64,000 nt of DNA from a virus (taxonomy: Duplodnaviria; Heunggongvirae; Uroviricota; Caudoviricetes), in IMG/VR virus record IMGVR_UViG_3300045049_000270. The stretch is one strand, 5' to 3'. Of this stretch, positions 9,360 through 19,206 are shown piece after piece. Every line of letters begins with the position of its first letter. Position 1 is the stretch's first letter. The notes below the pieces were generated by a model, which saw only the letters and a program-made list of their open reading frames with translations, did not search any database and was not told the origin of the DNA. The position numbers and the translations under genes were made by a program.

Positions 9360-10400
9360 ATGAGTAATGCGAAATTATTAACGCGAGAGCAGTTTCGAGA
9401 GCAAGTGTTTGCTCGGGATAAGCATCGCTGTGTTTTTTGTGGTGAGCCAGCTCAAGACGCTCATCATATTTTGGAGCGCCGTTTATTTAGCGACTTTGGT
9501 TATTATCTTGACAATGGCGCATCAGTATGCGGCGAGCATCACATCAAGTGTGAGACAACTGAAATCAGTGTAGAAGATGTACGTCTTGCTTGCGGTATCA
9601 CGAAGCCTATCATTCCACCGCATTTGTACGACGATCAGATTTATGACAAGTGGGGAAACCCTGTTCAACCCAACGGTACTCGGTTGAAGGGTGAATTATT
9701 CTTCGATGAAAGCGTACAAAAAATCCTTGCCCAAGGCGGAGTGCTCGATCTCTTCACACATTATGTGAAGTATCAACGCACATATCATATGCCTTGGTCG
9801 CCAACACCGTCAAGTGATGATCGTGTTCTTAGTTTGGATCAATTTGTTCGCAATTTCGACGGTAAGCGCGTGATTGCTTCGTTGAAGAAAGACGGCGAGA
9901 ATACCACAATGTATCCCGACTACATTCACGCACGCAGCGTGGACAGTCGTAATCACCCTAGCCGCAATTGGGTGAAGAATTTCTGGGCGCAGATATGCGG
10001 TGATATTCCAGAGGGATGGCGCGTCTGTGGTGAAAACCTATTTGCAGAACATTCAATAAAGTATGATGCACTTGAATCGTACTTCTATGGGTTCTCGTTG
10101 TGGAATGAAAAGAATTTCTGCCTCGATTGGGGTTCGACGCTTGAATATTTTGAGCTGATGGGTATAACACCAGTCGAAGTTATTTACGATGCGGTTTTCG
10201 ACTTGAAGAAGATTCAAGAATTGCACAAGACACTTGATCTCACAAAGGAAGAAGGTTTTGTGCTACGCACATATGATGGCTTCTCGTATGCTGACTTCCG
10301 TCATAGTGTTGCCAAATGGGTGAGGCCGAATCATGTACAAACTGTAAAGCATTGGATGCATGGTAAACCTGTTGTTCAAAATGGCTTGAAGATAAAATGA
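9360..10400 (+). CDS. RNA ligase family protein with N-terminal HNH-like Zn domain
   Basis: CVFC...AHHI...DNG..VCGEHH, then KKDGEN (KxDG), GENL and EEGFV ligase motifs. Confidence 0.85.
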   Translation: MSNAKLLTREQFREQVFARDKHRCVFCGEPAQDAHHILERRLFSDFGYYLDNGASVCGEHHIKCETTEISVEDVRLACGITKPIIPPHLYDDQIYDKWGNPVQPNGTRLKGELFFDESVQKILAQGGVLDLFTHYVKYQRTYHMPWSPTPSSDDRVLSLDQFVRNFDGKRVIASLKKDGENTTMYPDYIHARSVDSRNHPSRNWVKNFWAQICGDIPEGWRVCGENLFAEHSIKYDALESYFYGFSLWNEKNFCLDWGSTLEYFELMGITPVEVIYDAVFDLKKIQELHKTLDLTKEEGFVLRTYDGFSYADFRHSVAKWVRPNHVQTVKHWMHGKPVVQNGLKIK

Positions 10401-10608
10401 TGGAATCAACAAAAGAAAATCGAGTATGGTACTCCGGGCCGGCTCCGCACGTAGCTGAGCTAGTTAAATGATGTGACGATAGGCCCACAAACGTTCGAGT
10501 TGCGAGGTTAATCCGACCAATGTATGATAACACACGAAGCCAGTTTTGAAACTGGTTTAAACGAACGTATCATGTTTCTGTCACGTAATTGAACAAACGG
10601 AGGAAAAC

Positions 10609-10770
10609 ATGATCAAGACTCTCTTTTCTGTTGGTATGTCGGTCGTTGCTGCTGTAGTTGTTTCGACTACCGTTTACAACGTGGTTGCTCCTGTGTTCGC
10701 AACGGTTCACTCGACGTTGGAACATGCACTGTATGTGGCAAGCACTGATAACCGTGGATTGCATGAATGA
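10609..10770 (+). CDS. Small hydrophobic protein (53 aa), absent from the ORF track
   Basis: GGAGG RBS; MIKTLFSVGMSVVAAVVVSTTV...; ATGA overlap with the next gene. Confidence 0.6.
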   Translation: MIKTLFSVGMSVVAAVVVSTTVYNVVAPVFATVHSTLEHALYVASTDNRGLHE

Positions 10771-11111
10771 ACTTGGTTGAACATGTAAAACTCGAAATGC
10801 ATATCTTTGGTATATCGGATGGATATAAACCTATACCTTGGGGTGCTACTAACGAGTTCGTATTTGCTTGGATAGTTGATAATGCTATCCAAAATGCTCA
10901 CAATCGATTAGTGCAAAGTGGCAATAAATTGGAAAGTTTGAAACCGTTTGATTTGGTTGAAGAACGTGATCTTATATTCGCGCTAGATCAGACTAGACAA
11001 TCGTTCAATTCTCTGAGGAATCAAGAGGACCATCAGCAGATGGTCATTGATTGGTTAGCTATTTTGGACGAATATGAAACAAATTGGATTCAATATGTAA
11101 TTCAAAGATGA
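10767..11111 (+). CDS. Hypothetical protein
   Basis: Coupled ORF. Confidence 0.5.
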   Translation: MNLVEHVKLEMHIFGISDGYKPIPWGATNEFVFAWIVDNAIQNAHNRLVQSGNKLESLKPFDLVEERDLIFALDQTRQSFNSLRNQEDHQQMVIDWLAILDEYETNWIQYVIQR

Positions 11112-11164
11112 AATAATGAAAAGAATTACTGTTAGTAAAGTGATAATGACTGAGGAGTTTTGAA

Positions 11165-11539
11165 TTGGGAATGCGACTGACGAATCAAATTCTAATTCAA
11201 CTACGTTGTGAAGGTATGGATATCAGTGATCCAGGCACCCTCATCATGGCTGCTAATCTGAACGATCATTTGTGGCTAGAACGTAATTTGAGATTCGTGG
11301 TTTCGTACCACGCAATTAAAGAAGCGATGGCCCGTCATTATCTACCATTGCGCCCTTGTGATACTCGGTATATCGAAGATCAGGATTTCATTAAAGCAAT
11401 TGACAACATGGTTGAGCATTATCACCATTTGTTGAATAGTGCTGATAATGACGACAAAGAATTGGTTGAGCGCGTCAGCAGAACCTTTCCAACATTATTA
11501 GAAATGCAGTGTGAATGGCATGATATTTCTTCCTATTAA
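11165..11539 (+). CDS. Hypothetical protein
   Basis: GAGGAG RBS. Confidence 0.5.
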   Translation: MGMRLTNQILIQLRCEGMDISDPGTLIMAANLNDHLWLERNLRFVVSYHAIKEAMARHYLPLRPCDTRYIEDQDFIKAIDNMVEHYHHLLNSADNDDKELVERVSRTFPTLLEMQCEWHDISSY

Positions 11540-11568
11540 TTGCGTTAAATACGTGATATTAGGAGATA

Positions 11569-11946
11569 ATGATGTCAGTAGTTTACAAAATTACAAATAC
11601 CATTAACGGTTCCACCTGTGTTGGCATTTCACAGTTAACGCTTGACGCGCGTTGGTCGCAAATGCTTGAATACGCCGCCGATACAACATTGGCACGAACA
11701 CGTATGCCATGCCTTCGCATTATTACTGCCATCAAGAAATATGGTGCGGAGAATTTCACTATTGAACCTTTGTTAGAAGGTGAATTCAATAATGAAGAAT
11801 TAGAAAAACTCGAACTGGATGAAATAAGAAAATTGAACGAATCGGGTGTAACAGTTTATCATAGAACTGGTACATTTGTGCCCGGAGAAGAACACATCGA
11901 CGCATTTTGTAGTGTAGATGACGACGATGATTACTTCTACGGATAA
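11569..11946 (+). CDS. GIY-YIG-like nuclease domain protein, degenerate
   Basis: VYKITNTINGSTCVG...RW...AIKKYGAENF...E; TAAATA and AGGAG upstream. Confidence 0.65.
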   Translation: MMSVVYKITNTINGSTCVGISQLTLDARWSQMLEYAADTTLARTRMPCLRIITAIKKYGAENFTIEPLLEGEFNNEELEKLELDEIRKLNESGVTVYHRTGTFVPGEEHIDAFCSVDDDDDYFYG

Positions 11947-12736
11947 CCGTTCAGGTATTTTCATGTTCAGTCCTCACATTAAGAAAGTCTTTTTGCCAGT
12001 TCATGCACTTGGTATTGCGGCATTATGCGCGATTCCTTTTGTGTCGCCATATTGGCTATTGCTGACGCTGCTAGGTTGGATTCTCTTCTCCGGTGCAGGG
12101 ATCTCAGTCGGCTATCATCGTTTATTCTCTCATCGATCTTTTGAAACATATCGTTGGATTGAAGTAATATTGCTCTATCTGGGTGTATTTGGAGCTGAAG
12201 GATCTTCGATCTTTTGGCGAAGTGTCCATAGTGCAGTTCATCATCCATATTCAGATACAGAAAAGGATTTGCATTCACCAGTACATGGTCGTTTTAGTGC
12301 TTTTATGGGTTGGATGTTTAATCTAAAGTCAGATTCGGTTAATTTTCGAATGGCTAGAGATTTGCTTCGAGATCCAATTCATGTGTTTGTGCATAAACAC
12401 TATAATAAGATTTTGTGGTTACCTGTGATTGTATCAGCATTAATTAATTGGCATATCACATTGTTCTTGTTTGGTTTACCAATGTTGATTTCTGTATATC
12501 AAGAAAACTTCATCAATTTATTTTGTCATTCTGATGATCCTTTCACTTATAGAAATTTCGATACTGAAGATAAATCGACCAATCATATCATTCTGGGTTA
12601 TCTAACATGGGGGAACGGATGGCATAATAACCATCACGCAAAACCTCGTGAAGCAGATTTTGGTTTAGGTCGCAAGGAAAAATGGTGGGAATTTGATCCA
12701 TCTATGCTAATCGTGAACTTGATTAAGAAGCGATAA
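11918..12736 (+). CDS. Delta-9-type acyl-CoA/fatty acid desaturase
   Basis: His boxes GYHRLFSH, HSAVHH..SDTEKDLHSP and GWHNNHH; TM segments; start may be 11963. Confidence 0.9.
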   Translation: MTTMITSTDNRSGIFMFSPHIKKVFLPVHALGIAALCAIPFVSPYWLLLTLLGWILFSGAGISVGYHRLFSHRSFETYRWIEVILLYLGVFGAEGSSIFWRSVHSAVHHPYSDTEKDLHSPVHGRFSAFMGWMFNLKSDSVNFRMARDLLRDPIHVFVHKHYNKILWLPVIVSALINWHITLFLFGLPMLISVYQENFINLFCHSDDPFTYRNFDTEDKSTNHIILGYLTWGNGWHNNHHAKPREADFGLGRKEKWWEFDPSMLIVNLIKKR

Positions 12737-12813
12737 GCATAAAAGAAACATTGCTAAGAGGCCTAGGTGAGCGTATCATCTAGGCCTCTTTATACGAAGA
12801 ACAGGAGAAAGTT

Positions 12814-13284
12814 ATGGCTGTAACACTAGCGCAAATCAAAGCGGACCAATTGCAGGCTCGCAAGGACAAGAATACATTGGTCGTGGCGTTGTTGACGACG
12901 CTGATCGGCGAAGCAAAGAGTTTGGCTGATGCGGTAGCCGAGAAGGAACCGCGTGACGCAAATGGTGCAGTTATCAAGCGTGACCCCACAAGTGATGAAC
13001 TGATTGCAACAGTTCGCAAGTTCCTCAAGGGAAATGCTGAAGTGCAAGCCAACGTGAAGGATGAAGTAGCACTAGCAGATGCTCGCAAAGAAGCAGAAAT
13101 TCTGAACGGGTACTTGCCGCAGCAGTTGACAGCTGAACAACTCGAACAAATTTTCCGTGCCGAGTTTCCAGACGGCGTAACAGCAAAGGAACGTGGGAAA
13201 GCAATGGCAATTCTGAAGGCCAACTACAATGGCCAGTATGACGGCAAACTTGCGAGTGATGTGCTGGTAAGGTTGATCGGCTGA
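12814..13284 (+). CDS. GatB/YqeY domain protein
   Basis: IKADQLQARK...LLTTLIGE...EAEILNGYLPQQLT...GKAM...YDGK. Confidence 0.85.
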   Translation: MAVTLAQIKADQLQARKDKNTLVVALLTTLIGEAKSLADAVAEKEPRDANGAVIKRDPTSDELIATVRKFLKGNAEVQANVKDEVALADARKEAEILNGYLPQQLTAEQLEQIFRAEFPDGVTAKERGKAMAILKANYNGQYDGKLASDVLVRLIG

Positions 13285-13752
13285 TGGTTGTTTCGTTAGT
13301 AGGCTATTACGAAGATGGTAGTACCAAATACTGCCATCTTAACTCAGAGCTGTTAAGTGTCGAACTGCAAAACACTCTAGAGAAGGTGCGAAAATTAGGC
13401 ATCATCACGCAAGTAATGCTCGATACGTTCTTCGAGCACAAGATTCACTATCAGATGTTGATTGATGACCAAATCGAAGTTGACGTCAAAGACTAACCAG
13501 ATTCACCACACGAATGTGCCATTAGTGTATAATTGGCATATCGTAGTTTCAACAATAACAATAACAATATCATGAATAGAAAATTTGCTGTTTGGACCTT
13601 GTACGCCCTTGTTACTCTATTTTCAAGTTTCTTTTTCTCGTTTTTGTTTGGTGAGATGGGCTGGGACCGAATTTACTACTATGCGCTTAGTTTTGTGATG
13701 GGGTTCATTCTGTTTTTCATCACGGAACGAGCATTGAATGGTTGATTAAGGA

Positions 13753-14088
13753 ATGACAACACTTGTTGAAGTTGTATTTGCAGCGGCTCAAGAAGCCGAT
13801 CAATATCATTTCTCACGCTCACTTTATTCTATTGGTGCGCATATGCAATCTGAGATGGGTGAAGTGGCTGAAGAGATTGCCATTGCAAACGGTGACAGTT
13901 ACAAGTCACCGGGCCCTGATGGTATTGACGGTGAAGCAATTGACCTCATTCTTGCCGGTTTGGACCTTTTGTATGTTAATCGTGGTCGCACCTTATACGA
14001 AGATGAGTTGATTACGATCGCTCAACCCAAGCTTGCGAAATGGCTTGAAAAAATCAAACAAGGTAACCAAGAGGGGAAAATCAAATGA
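13753..14088 (+). CDS. MazG-like nucleotide pyrophosphohydrolase-fold protein
   Basis: SEMGEVAEE...GEAIDLI pattern. Confidence 0.6.
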   Translation: MTTLVEVVFAAAQEADQYHFSRSLYSIGAHMQSEMGEVAEEIAIANGDSYKSPGPDGIDGEAIDLILAGLDLLYVNRGRTLYEDELITIAQPKLAKWLEKIKQGNQEGKIK

Positions 14089-14587
14089 AAGTTGCAGTGA
14101 ATCACATTTACTCTGACGACACGTGGATCGATATTGTTGAAACAGATCGTCTTCCGGATGAACTTCGCTTGAAGTTTGACCAAGCTATTCTTGTTGGCCT
14201 TCGTGAATTGCGGTTGCCAGTAACTGATATGCAGGGGCCCGTATACACTGCTGGTGGTGAGAATCAGTTTCCCATGATGATTATGGGTAAGCTAAACTTG
14301 ATTGCCGAGTAAGTCATGGGCGTCTATGTTTTGATCGTTACGATCGTTGCTCATGTGTATAGCTACACGACCAATTTTCATGAGCAGCCAAGTGTGACAA
14401 TGCAAGAATTCACAACTTACAAAAACTGTTACGATGCGTCTAACGTGATCGTGACGCAAATCGAAAGTCAGTACCGCAGTCGAGATAATCACAATGTAAG
14501 CGTTCGTGCAGCTTGTGTCCTGAAATGAGTTGATTTTCACCTTATATGAAAGTATGCTATAAGCATCTCACTCATATAAGGTGAAAT

Positions 14588-15001
14588 ATGTTTCTGTACA
14601 ATCCAAAGTCACGAAAAGCCGGTTTTTCCTTCAGATGCGCGTGCTTCAATTGTCGCATTGCTTTTCATGACGGTCGAATTAAGACTGCTGAACGTGCATG
14701 TCCTGAGTGCGGTAAAGAGATGGTGAATGTTGGCCATCACTTTCGTGCGCCAAAGCGTTCAGCTGTTCGAAAGTGGAAAGCAATCGAGAAGTATGTGCTC
14801 GAACATGGCATGACATTCGATGGTAAAGATGGAAATGGTTTCGTCCCACACTCAGTCGGTGATCTCAACCATGCCATTGCTGGTGCGATATCGGATGAAA
14901 AATACTTCGGTGATGTGAGCAAAGGCAAACGATCATGGAGAGCGCGGCCTCGCACCGTTCGTTTCTACAGCAGCAAATTCAATGGCATAGTACGGTGGTA
15001 A
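14588..15001 (+). CDS. Zn-ribbon protein
   Basis: CFNC and CPECG pairs; FRAPK...W. Confidence 0.6.
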   Translation: MFLYNPKSRKAGFSFRCACFNCRIAFHDGRIKTAERACPECGKEMVNVGHHFRAPKRSAVRKWKAIEKYVLEHGMTFDGKDGNGFVPHSVGDLNHAIAGAISDEKYFGDVSKGKRSWRARPRTVRFYSSKFNGIVRW

Positions 15002-15058
15002 GTCATTGACTTGCCATGTAAATATTTGTATCATTGTTTTGTTCATTTAAAGGAGAAC

Positions 15059-15286
15059 ATGATGAAACGCATTATCGAAATTAAAGCCGGAGAGGGCGGA
15101 ATGGACGCGCGACTTTTCGCTCGCGAAGTCATTGCCGCCGCATACATCAAATTTGCCAATCGAGTTGGCTGACTCACTCAATACGCCGATAACGGCGACT
15201 CTGGTGTCAGTATCGTAGTAGAAGGCACCGACCTTTCCCAACTCATAAACGAAGCAGGCGGACATAGAATCCAACGCGTTCCACCG
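15059..15286 (+). pseudogene. Displaced 5' fragment of a peptide chain release factor, with in-frame TGA at 15170-15172
   Basis: MMKRIIEIKAGEGGMDARLFA...RVG*LTQ...LINEAGGHRIQRVPP, then homology stops; AAGGAG RBS. Confidence 0.85.
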
Positions 15287-15296
15287 CTGATTTCGA

Positions 15297-15322
15297 TAAA
15301 TATCATCCTAAACAGGATGGAG
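15297..15322 (+). promoter_or_regulatory. Late promoter (TAAATA) plus RBS-occluding hairpin for the endonuclease
   Basis: TAAATA at 15297-15302; CATCCT-AAAC-AGGATG hairpin overlaps the AGGATGGAG RBS. Confidence 0.6.
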
Positions 15323-15327
15323 TTATC

Positions 15328-16371
15328 GTGCCGCAAGAAATCATTACAACCAATTTGTGTGATTATGGGTGTAATCACACAGCAAAGTTTTATTTCCCAT
15401 ATTCAAAAACTTATTGTTGCTCGAATAATGTAGGCAAATGTCCAGAGAATAGCAAAATGCGTGCTCAAGCTCGAAAGGATTTGGGTAACTATAAAACTGG
15501 CGCAGCTAAAGGTTTACAAACAAAGAAGAACACAGTTCTTGATGATGGGCGAACTATTCTTGAGCATAGTATTGAAAAACAAAAGCAAGCATGGAAAGTT
15601 GTTGATGACTGTGGTTTAACATTAGCGCAGCGAACTTCTGTAAAAATGGTAGAAACACGTCAAACAAAAATAGATAAAGAAACTGGTCTTTCGGTAGCTA
15701 GATCGGCAAGCCTAAAGGCTGCGAATACAGCCAGAAACAAAATTGATTTGGAAACTGGGTTGAACACTCATCAAATGAGCGCATTAAAAGCAAATGCCAC
15801 TAAACTCAAAATTGATGAAAACGGTCAAAATTGGTTCGACAGAGTGAAACCTGGGTTAAAAGCTAAAGCAGCAGAAAATGGTGATAAATTACATCAAAAA
15901 CGTTTAGCCGATGTAGATGAAAATGGTTTAGATCACTATGCTAGACGAACTCTGAAGATGTTGAATGACATTGATGAAAGTGGTTTAAATGCAATTGAAC
16001 GCTCTCAAAAGAAAATGAAACGTGGGTTTAAACGTCAAAAATTTAAAGAAACACAAATTCATTTTCAAGGCAATTATGAAAAACATTTTCTTGAAAGTTT
16101 AGAATCGGAATTTGGTTTAGAATGGATGAATACCAATATTACAAATGGTAAATTTATCCAATATTTTAACCCAGAAGACAAAGCATATCGAAATTATATA
16201 CCAGATTTTGTAATTGGTAATACATTATATGAAATAAAGAGTTCGTATACGTGGAATAAAAATGGCAAAGATTTAATGTTGGAATCGGTAAACAAAGCAA
16301 AAATCAAGGCAGCAAAAGATCAAGGATACAACGTGATTCTTGTTTTAAACGGTGTACAAATTCCTCAATAA
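15328..16371 (+). mobile_element. Free-standing putative homing endonuclease (C-terminal PD-(D/E)xK domain, N-terminal Cys cluster, internal repeats)
   Basis: CDYGC...CCS...C; repeated (I/V)D.(E/N)(T)GL units; YIPDF...YEIKS; lies between two release-factor 5' ends. Confidence 0.75.
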
Positions 16372-16380
16372 GGAGAAATT

Positions 16381-17073
16381 ATGAAAACGGTAATTTTGGA
16401 AATTACAGCAGCAGAAGGTGGTGATGATTCTAAGCTTCTAGTGAAGGATTTCGCTGATGCTTATACGAAGTTCTTCGAACGAATGAGTTGGAAGAGTACT
16501 TGAATCAATCAGAGAAAAGCCGAACTTGGCTATTTCTCTATAAAGATCGAAGTAACTGGTGATAGTGTTGAATCATTAATAAATGAGGCTGGTGGCCACC
16601 GTGTTCAAAGAATACCACCAACCGAACGCAAAGGTCGTGTTCACACTTCAACCGTTACGGTAGCCGTAATCGACCCACAAGACGCACCAAGCGTCTCCTG
16701 GAACGAGTGTGACTTCCGCATTGAATGGTATTCTGGAACTGGCTGTGGTGGTCAGCACAAAAATAAACATCAGAATAGTGCCCGAATCTTTCATATTCCC
16801 ACTGGGACAATCGCAACCGCGCAGACACGCAGTCGTGAGAACTCATTGAAAGAAGCAAAAGAGGCGATCCTTGCTAAGTTAAATGCGCAGAGTAAGCATG
16901 ACCATCACCAAACAATGGCTGAAGAAAAACGCAATCAAGTTGGTAGTGGTGAACGTGGTGATAAAATAAGGACATATCAATTTCAACATGATATCGTAAC
17001 TGATCACCGAACAGGCAACAAAATGCCTGTTACCAAGTTCATGAAAGGTTTTGTGGACAGTTTGTGGAACTAA
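16381..17073 (+). CDS. RF1-like class I peptide chain release factor lacking domain 1; in-frame TGA at 16501-16503 (230 codons with readthrough)
   Basis: One frame: LEITAAEGGDDS...MSWKST*INQ...EAGGHRVQRIPPTERKGRVHTSTVTV...SGTGCGGQHKNK...IRTYQF...VTDHR; AAGGAG RBS. Confidence 0.88.
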
Positions 17074-17095
17074 GATCTAGGACATAGTTTGATAA

Positions 17096-17126
17096 TGAAA
17101 AGAGCCCCAAAATGGGGCTCTTTTCA
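17096..17126. terminator. Bidirectional terminator between convergent genes
   Basis: TGAAAAGAGCCCCA-AAA-TGGGGCTCTTTTCA. Confidence 0.8.
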
Positions 17127-17144
17127 CATAGAATCAAAAGTAGT

Positions 17145-17816
17145 TTACCACATTTTGCGCATTGCTTTCTTCACGGCGGCTTGCTGGCGGTTTTGATCAA
17201 TCTTGTTTGAGAAGTCTGAAGCACGTTGTGATGTGTGTTCAGAACCACCTCGACTGTCAACAATGAAGTTGGCTGGAATCAACTTACGTTTTTGACGACG
17301 TGGATTGCGATAGAATGCAGGATCAAGATTCAAAGTATGATCATCGACTACTGATACTTGGCCTGTTTTGAAATCAACGCCTTCAACTGTTTTCCACTTA
17401 TTGCCTTCACGGAACTTAATCAGAACTTCCATGCCAGGTGTCAGATTCAACTTTTTCAGAATATCTTGATTTTGATATAGTTGATCATACTTTGCGTCTG
17501 CATGGTCGTTTCGCTTTTGCACACCAGCTTGCATATCGTTATCAGCCGCCTTACCTAAATAAATCAGTTTTTGTTGTGTATCACGTCCAATAACTGGTTT
17601 CCAGGTGAAAGTCTTTCCGGTGCTTGGTTCTGATAAAGATATTTCGTAGAACTTTCTACCCATCTTCATCGCAACCACAACTAAGGTTTTGCCATTCAAT
17701 TCGACCAAATCACCCTCACCCATTTGATCAGGTTGCATGCTATCGCCGTTCTTTAAATCGCCAGCTGCTTCCATGAGAGTCATTAACTGGCGCATGTTGG
17801 TAGTAGAGTGATTCAT
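17145..17816 (-). CDS. Hypothetical late protein, possibly internal head protein
   Basis: Start refined to MNHSTTNMRQLM after TAAATA and GGAG. Confidence 0.6.
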   Translation of the reverse strand: MNHSTTNMRQLMTLMEAAGDLKNGDSMQPDQMGEGDLVELNGKTLVVVAMKMGRKFYEISLSEPSTGKTFTWKPVIGRDTQQKLIYLGKAADNDMQAGVQKRNDHADAKYDQLYQNQDILKKLNLTPGMEVLIKFREGNKWKTVEGVDFKTGQVSVVDDHTLNLDPAFYRNPRRQKRKLIPANFIVDSRGGSEHTSQRASDFSNKIDQNRQQAAVKKAMRKMW

Positions 17817-17845
17817 AGAATCTCCAAAAAATAGATACCAACTAT

Positions 17846-18910
17846 TTAGTCCTTCAATCCAATTTGCATTGAATTGACACTGTTCGCAGTCCAAGCCGCA
17901 CCAGTGGCGTCAGTATACCAATTTTGCTGGAACAACTTATTAGTAGCATTTGCAAGTGGATCGGTAGAACCAGAAACTGTTGTTGTTCCAGTTTTCAACT
18001 GAGGAATTAAATTTGCTGAACCAGTACCAGGGTTCTGTCCATAATAGTGGCCAATCACGGCATTTACTGTTGCAGGCGTATATGGCAAGGATGGGAATTT
18101 ATATAAATCAGTATTACCGGTGCCAGTATCGCTAATATTATTTGCTGATGTGTAACCGCCATTAACCATATTGTAATGAGTACCAGCAGTTGATGGTGTG
18201 AATTGTGTTAAATCGCCATCAGCATTTGGTTTTAGTGTGGAAATTCTCTGAGGACCTAATGGGAAGGTATTAAATGCTGTGCCAGTATTGTCCCAAACAA
18301 GAACATCATCATAATATGCAGTAACGCTAGGTGAACCAATGTTGCCGTTAAGCATATTATAAAGACCGATGTAACCAGATAGAGTTACATTGCTTGCTGA
18401 CATAGTCACAATATTAGTCAGATTGAGTAATTGTACACCATCAATATAAAGTTTTGCTGATCCTGTGGCTGTTGACGCAAAGGTATAAGCCATCTCAATC
18501 CAATGCCAGTTATTATCGCAAATATTGACTGATGTTGTCCCAATAACACCACCACCTAATTCCATAATCTGTGCATAACCAGTGTTGGCTTGCACTGAGA
18601 TCATAGATGAATAAGAAGTGGAATTTGGCAAACAAAAGCCAGCTGCGTTAGTGCCACCAGCACCATATGTTGGGATCCCAGAACCTTGTTTAAACCAAAA
18701 TCCAAAATATAGAGGATTTGTCGTTGTTAAACCATAACTTTTGCTAAGAATACCAGTAATAGAATTAGTACTACCAATTTGCATGGCGCCACCACCAAAT
18801 CGGCCTCCAGTCGTGCTAATGACTGCACCACCGTTATTATTCCATTTACCAAGCAGTAAATCTGACGTCACACTATAACTATCAAATCCATCATTCATTA
18901 ATAATGCCAT
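17846..18910 (-). CDS. Virion protein with concanavalin A/LamG-like lectin domain
   Basis: FGFWFK, DNNWHWIE, KLYIDG and YYDDVLVW; G/T/N-rich. Confidence 0.7.
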   Translation of the reverse strand: MALLMNDGFDSYSVTSDLLLGKWNNNGGAVISTTGGRFGGGAMQIGSTNSITGILSKSYGLTTTNPLYFGFWFKQGSGIPTYGAGGTNAAGFCLPNSTSYSSMISVQANTGYAQIMELGGGVIGTTSVNICDNNWHWIEMAYTFASTATGSAKLYIDGVQLLNLTNIVTMSASNVTLSGYIGLYNMLNGNIGSPSVTAYYDDVLVWDNTGTAFNTFPLGPQRISTLKPNADGDLTQFTPSTAGTHYNMVNGGYTSANNISDTGTGNTDLYKFPSLPYTPATVNAVIGHYYGQNPGTGSANLIPQLKTGTTTVSGSTDPLANATNKLFQQNWYTDATGAAWTANSVNSMQIGLKD

Positions 18911-18921
18911 TTTTATCTCCC

Positions 18922-19197
18922 TTAACCGACAATAGTTACAATGCGTCTTGGATGGCGCGCACTAGCAGAACCAATTACTTCAACGTAAAGACTACCAATT
19001 TGTGAATGTGATATGGTGCTCGTAAATGGAGCTACCACTTCACTGTATATATTTACCAATTCTGTTTGTTGAACGGTTCCAGTATATGCACCTACTACTT
19101 CACTAAACAAGCTTGTTGTTTGTGTGGTTTGTGTAGTCGCAGAATAAGGAGCAACTGTTTCTTCATATACAAATGTTACTTGTGTTGCATTAGCCAT
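18922..19197 (-). CDS. Small virion protein with ~21-aa internal repeats
   Basis: Four Q-x(4-5)-(Y/F)xE(V/T)(V/I)-x(2)-(Y/F/S) units. Confidence 0.55.
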   Translation of the reverse strand: MANATQVTFVYEETVAPYSATTQTTQTTSLFSEVVGAYTGTVQQTELVNIYSEVVAPFTSTISHSQIGSLYVEVIGSASARHPRRIVTIVG

Positions 19198-19206
19198 TAT
19201 TAACCT

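Noticed and set aside
10397-10471. 24-aa ORF MMESTKENRVWYSGPAPHVAELVK
   Set aside because: Possibly a truncated gene remnant, but too short to support a call.
10609-10770. Flp pilin
   Set aside because: Hydrophobic, but lacks the G-x4-E-Y prepilin motif.
15287-16380. Group I intron or intein in the release factor
   Set aside because: The insert is almost all ORF, has no recognisable intron core or intein termini, and is followed by a duplicated 5' end rather than a second exon.
16495-16506. prfB-type +1 frameshift at ACT-TGA
   Set aside because: Conserved sequence continues in frame 0 and there is no CTT-TGA slip site.
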